From the NCBI GenBank assembly GCA_038087875.1, contig CM075995.1, positions 8,186,001-8,250,000 of the forward strand: a stretch of DNA of 64,000 bases, given 5' to 3'. The stretch's first letter is position 1; every line of letters begins with the position of its first letter. The stretch is from Malacoraja senta. Taxonomy: Eukaryota. Below are positions 62,531 to 64,000 of the stretch, piece by piece. Made by a program: the position numbers and the translations under genes. The notes beneath the pieces are model-generated. The model saw only the letters and a program-made list of their open reading frames with translations, made no database searches and was not told where the DNA came from.

Positions 62531-64000
62531 TTTCAAGGAATAACCGCGAGTCAACTGCCAGCCCACCAGCCATGGGTGAGCTGCCAGCACATCAGGCTTG
62601 AGGGACTGAGCAGCCACCCCAAGAATCCATTTGGCCCACAATGTCCATACTAGCCCTCTGGAGACCAGTAGTCCCTGCAGCCAACAACACCCATACCAGC
62701 GCTCCAGAAAGCCCCCCCCCACTGGCCACCAATATTGGAATTGGAGGAGAGGTGGAATATTGCATCGGGGGACCAGCCCTCCCATGTGAACATGGGACCC
62801 AACGGGTCCCACTTAGTCTAGTCTTTTCTGAAACCTTTCAAGCTTGACAATATCTTTCCTATAACACGGTGCCCTAAACTGAACACAATATTCTAAATGC
62901 GGTCTCACCAACGTATAATACAACTGCAACATGACCTCCCAACTTCTATACTCAATACTCTGACTGATGAAGGCCAAAGAGCCAAAAGCCATTTTGACCA
63001 CCTTATCTACCTGCGACTCGACCTTCAAGGAACCATGCACTTGTACTCCTAGATCCCTCTGCTCCACAACACTACCCAGAGGCCTACCATTTACTGTGTA
63101 GGTCCTGCCCTTGTTCGACATCCCAAAATGCAACACCACACACTTCTCTGTATTAAATTCCATCAATCATTCATCCGCCCACCTGGCCAATCGATCCAGA
63201 TCCTGCTGCAATCGTTCACAACCATCTTCATATCTGCAAATCCACTAACTTTTGAATCATCAGCAAACTTGCTAATCTTGCCCTGTGTGTTCTCATCCAA
63301 ATCATTGATGTAGATGACAAACAGTAAAGTGGCCAACACCGAACCCCGAGGTACACCACTAGTCACAGGCCTCCAGTCCGAGAACCATTACCCTCTGCTT
63401 CCTTCCATGGAGCCAATTTGCTATCCATTCACCTATCTCTCCTTGGATCCCTTGCGATCTAACCTTACAGTGCAGCCTACCATGCGGAACCTTGTTGAAC
63501 GCCTCACTAGAGTCCATGTACACAACATCTACAGCTTTCCCCTCATCAACCTTTTTGGTCACGTCCTCAAAAAAAAATCTATCAGATTTGTGAGACACGA
63601 CCTCCCATGTACAAAACCATGCTGACTGTCCCTAATCAGCCCTTGCCCATCCACATGCCTGTATAACCTATCCCTTAGAATACTCTCCAGTAAATTACCA
63701 ACTACAGATGTTAAGCTTACCGGCCTATAGTTCCCAGCATTTTCCCTGCAGCCCTTCTTGAAAAGAGGCACAACATTTGCCACCCTCCAGCACCTCTCCT
63801 GTATTTAAGGACGACTCGTAAATTTCAACCAGGGCTCCCGCAATTTCTTCTCTAGTTTCCCACAATGTCCTTGGATATATCTGATCAGACCCTGGAGATT
63901 TGTCTACCTTCAAACATGACAGTACCTTCAGTACTTCTTCGAAGGTACTGTCACAGGCCCTCTCCCACCTCGACAACAGAGACACTTACGTAAGAATGCT

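Larger units (their letters stand above)
60124..62821 (+). mobile_element. Non-autonomous Helitron (2.7 kb)
   Basis: 5' A|TCTATATTAATAAAA; 3' hairpin GGGACCC-aac-GGGTCCC then CTAG|T; inserted between A and T of a CR1 with no TSD. Confidence 0.9.
59925..63960 (-). mobile_element. Older CR1 ORF2 fragment, split by the Helitron
   Basis: NYRPVSLTSVVG, GVPRGSVL, FADD, LVRPHLEYCVQF; sequence is continuous across 60123|62822. Confidence 0.88.

Overview
Repeat-dense vertebrate genomic DNA, not prokaryotic. The CR1 LINEs, HE1-like V-SINEs and Penelope repeats suggest a cartilaginous fish such as a skate or ray (inference). The dominant structure is a giant inverted duplication: 1..~25490 is the reverse complement of ~26101..47229, centred on a Tc1 remnant and a 200-N gap. 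The arms differ by scattered substitutions, small indels, a 5.2-kb double insertion (CR1 plus a TTA-flanked MITE) that splits a Gypsy LTR in the left arm only, and a ~680-bp block present only in the right arm. It is either a real palindromic segmental duplication or two haplotigs scaffolded head-to-head. Outside the mirrored region lie a CR1 with an uninterrupted ORF2 (+), the last two exons of a GRHPR-like D-2-hydroxyacid dehydrogenase gene (-), and a non-autonomous Helitron with two minisatellite arrays. Most ORF-track entries are antisense or repeat artefacts. I found no convincing novel protein-coding system; the most interesting signals are structural and transposon-related. All comparisons were made by eye.
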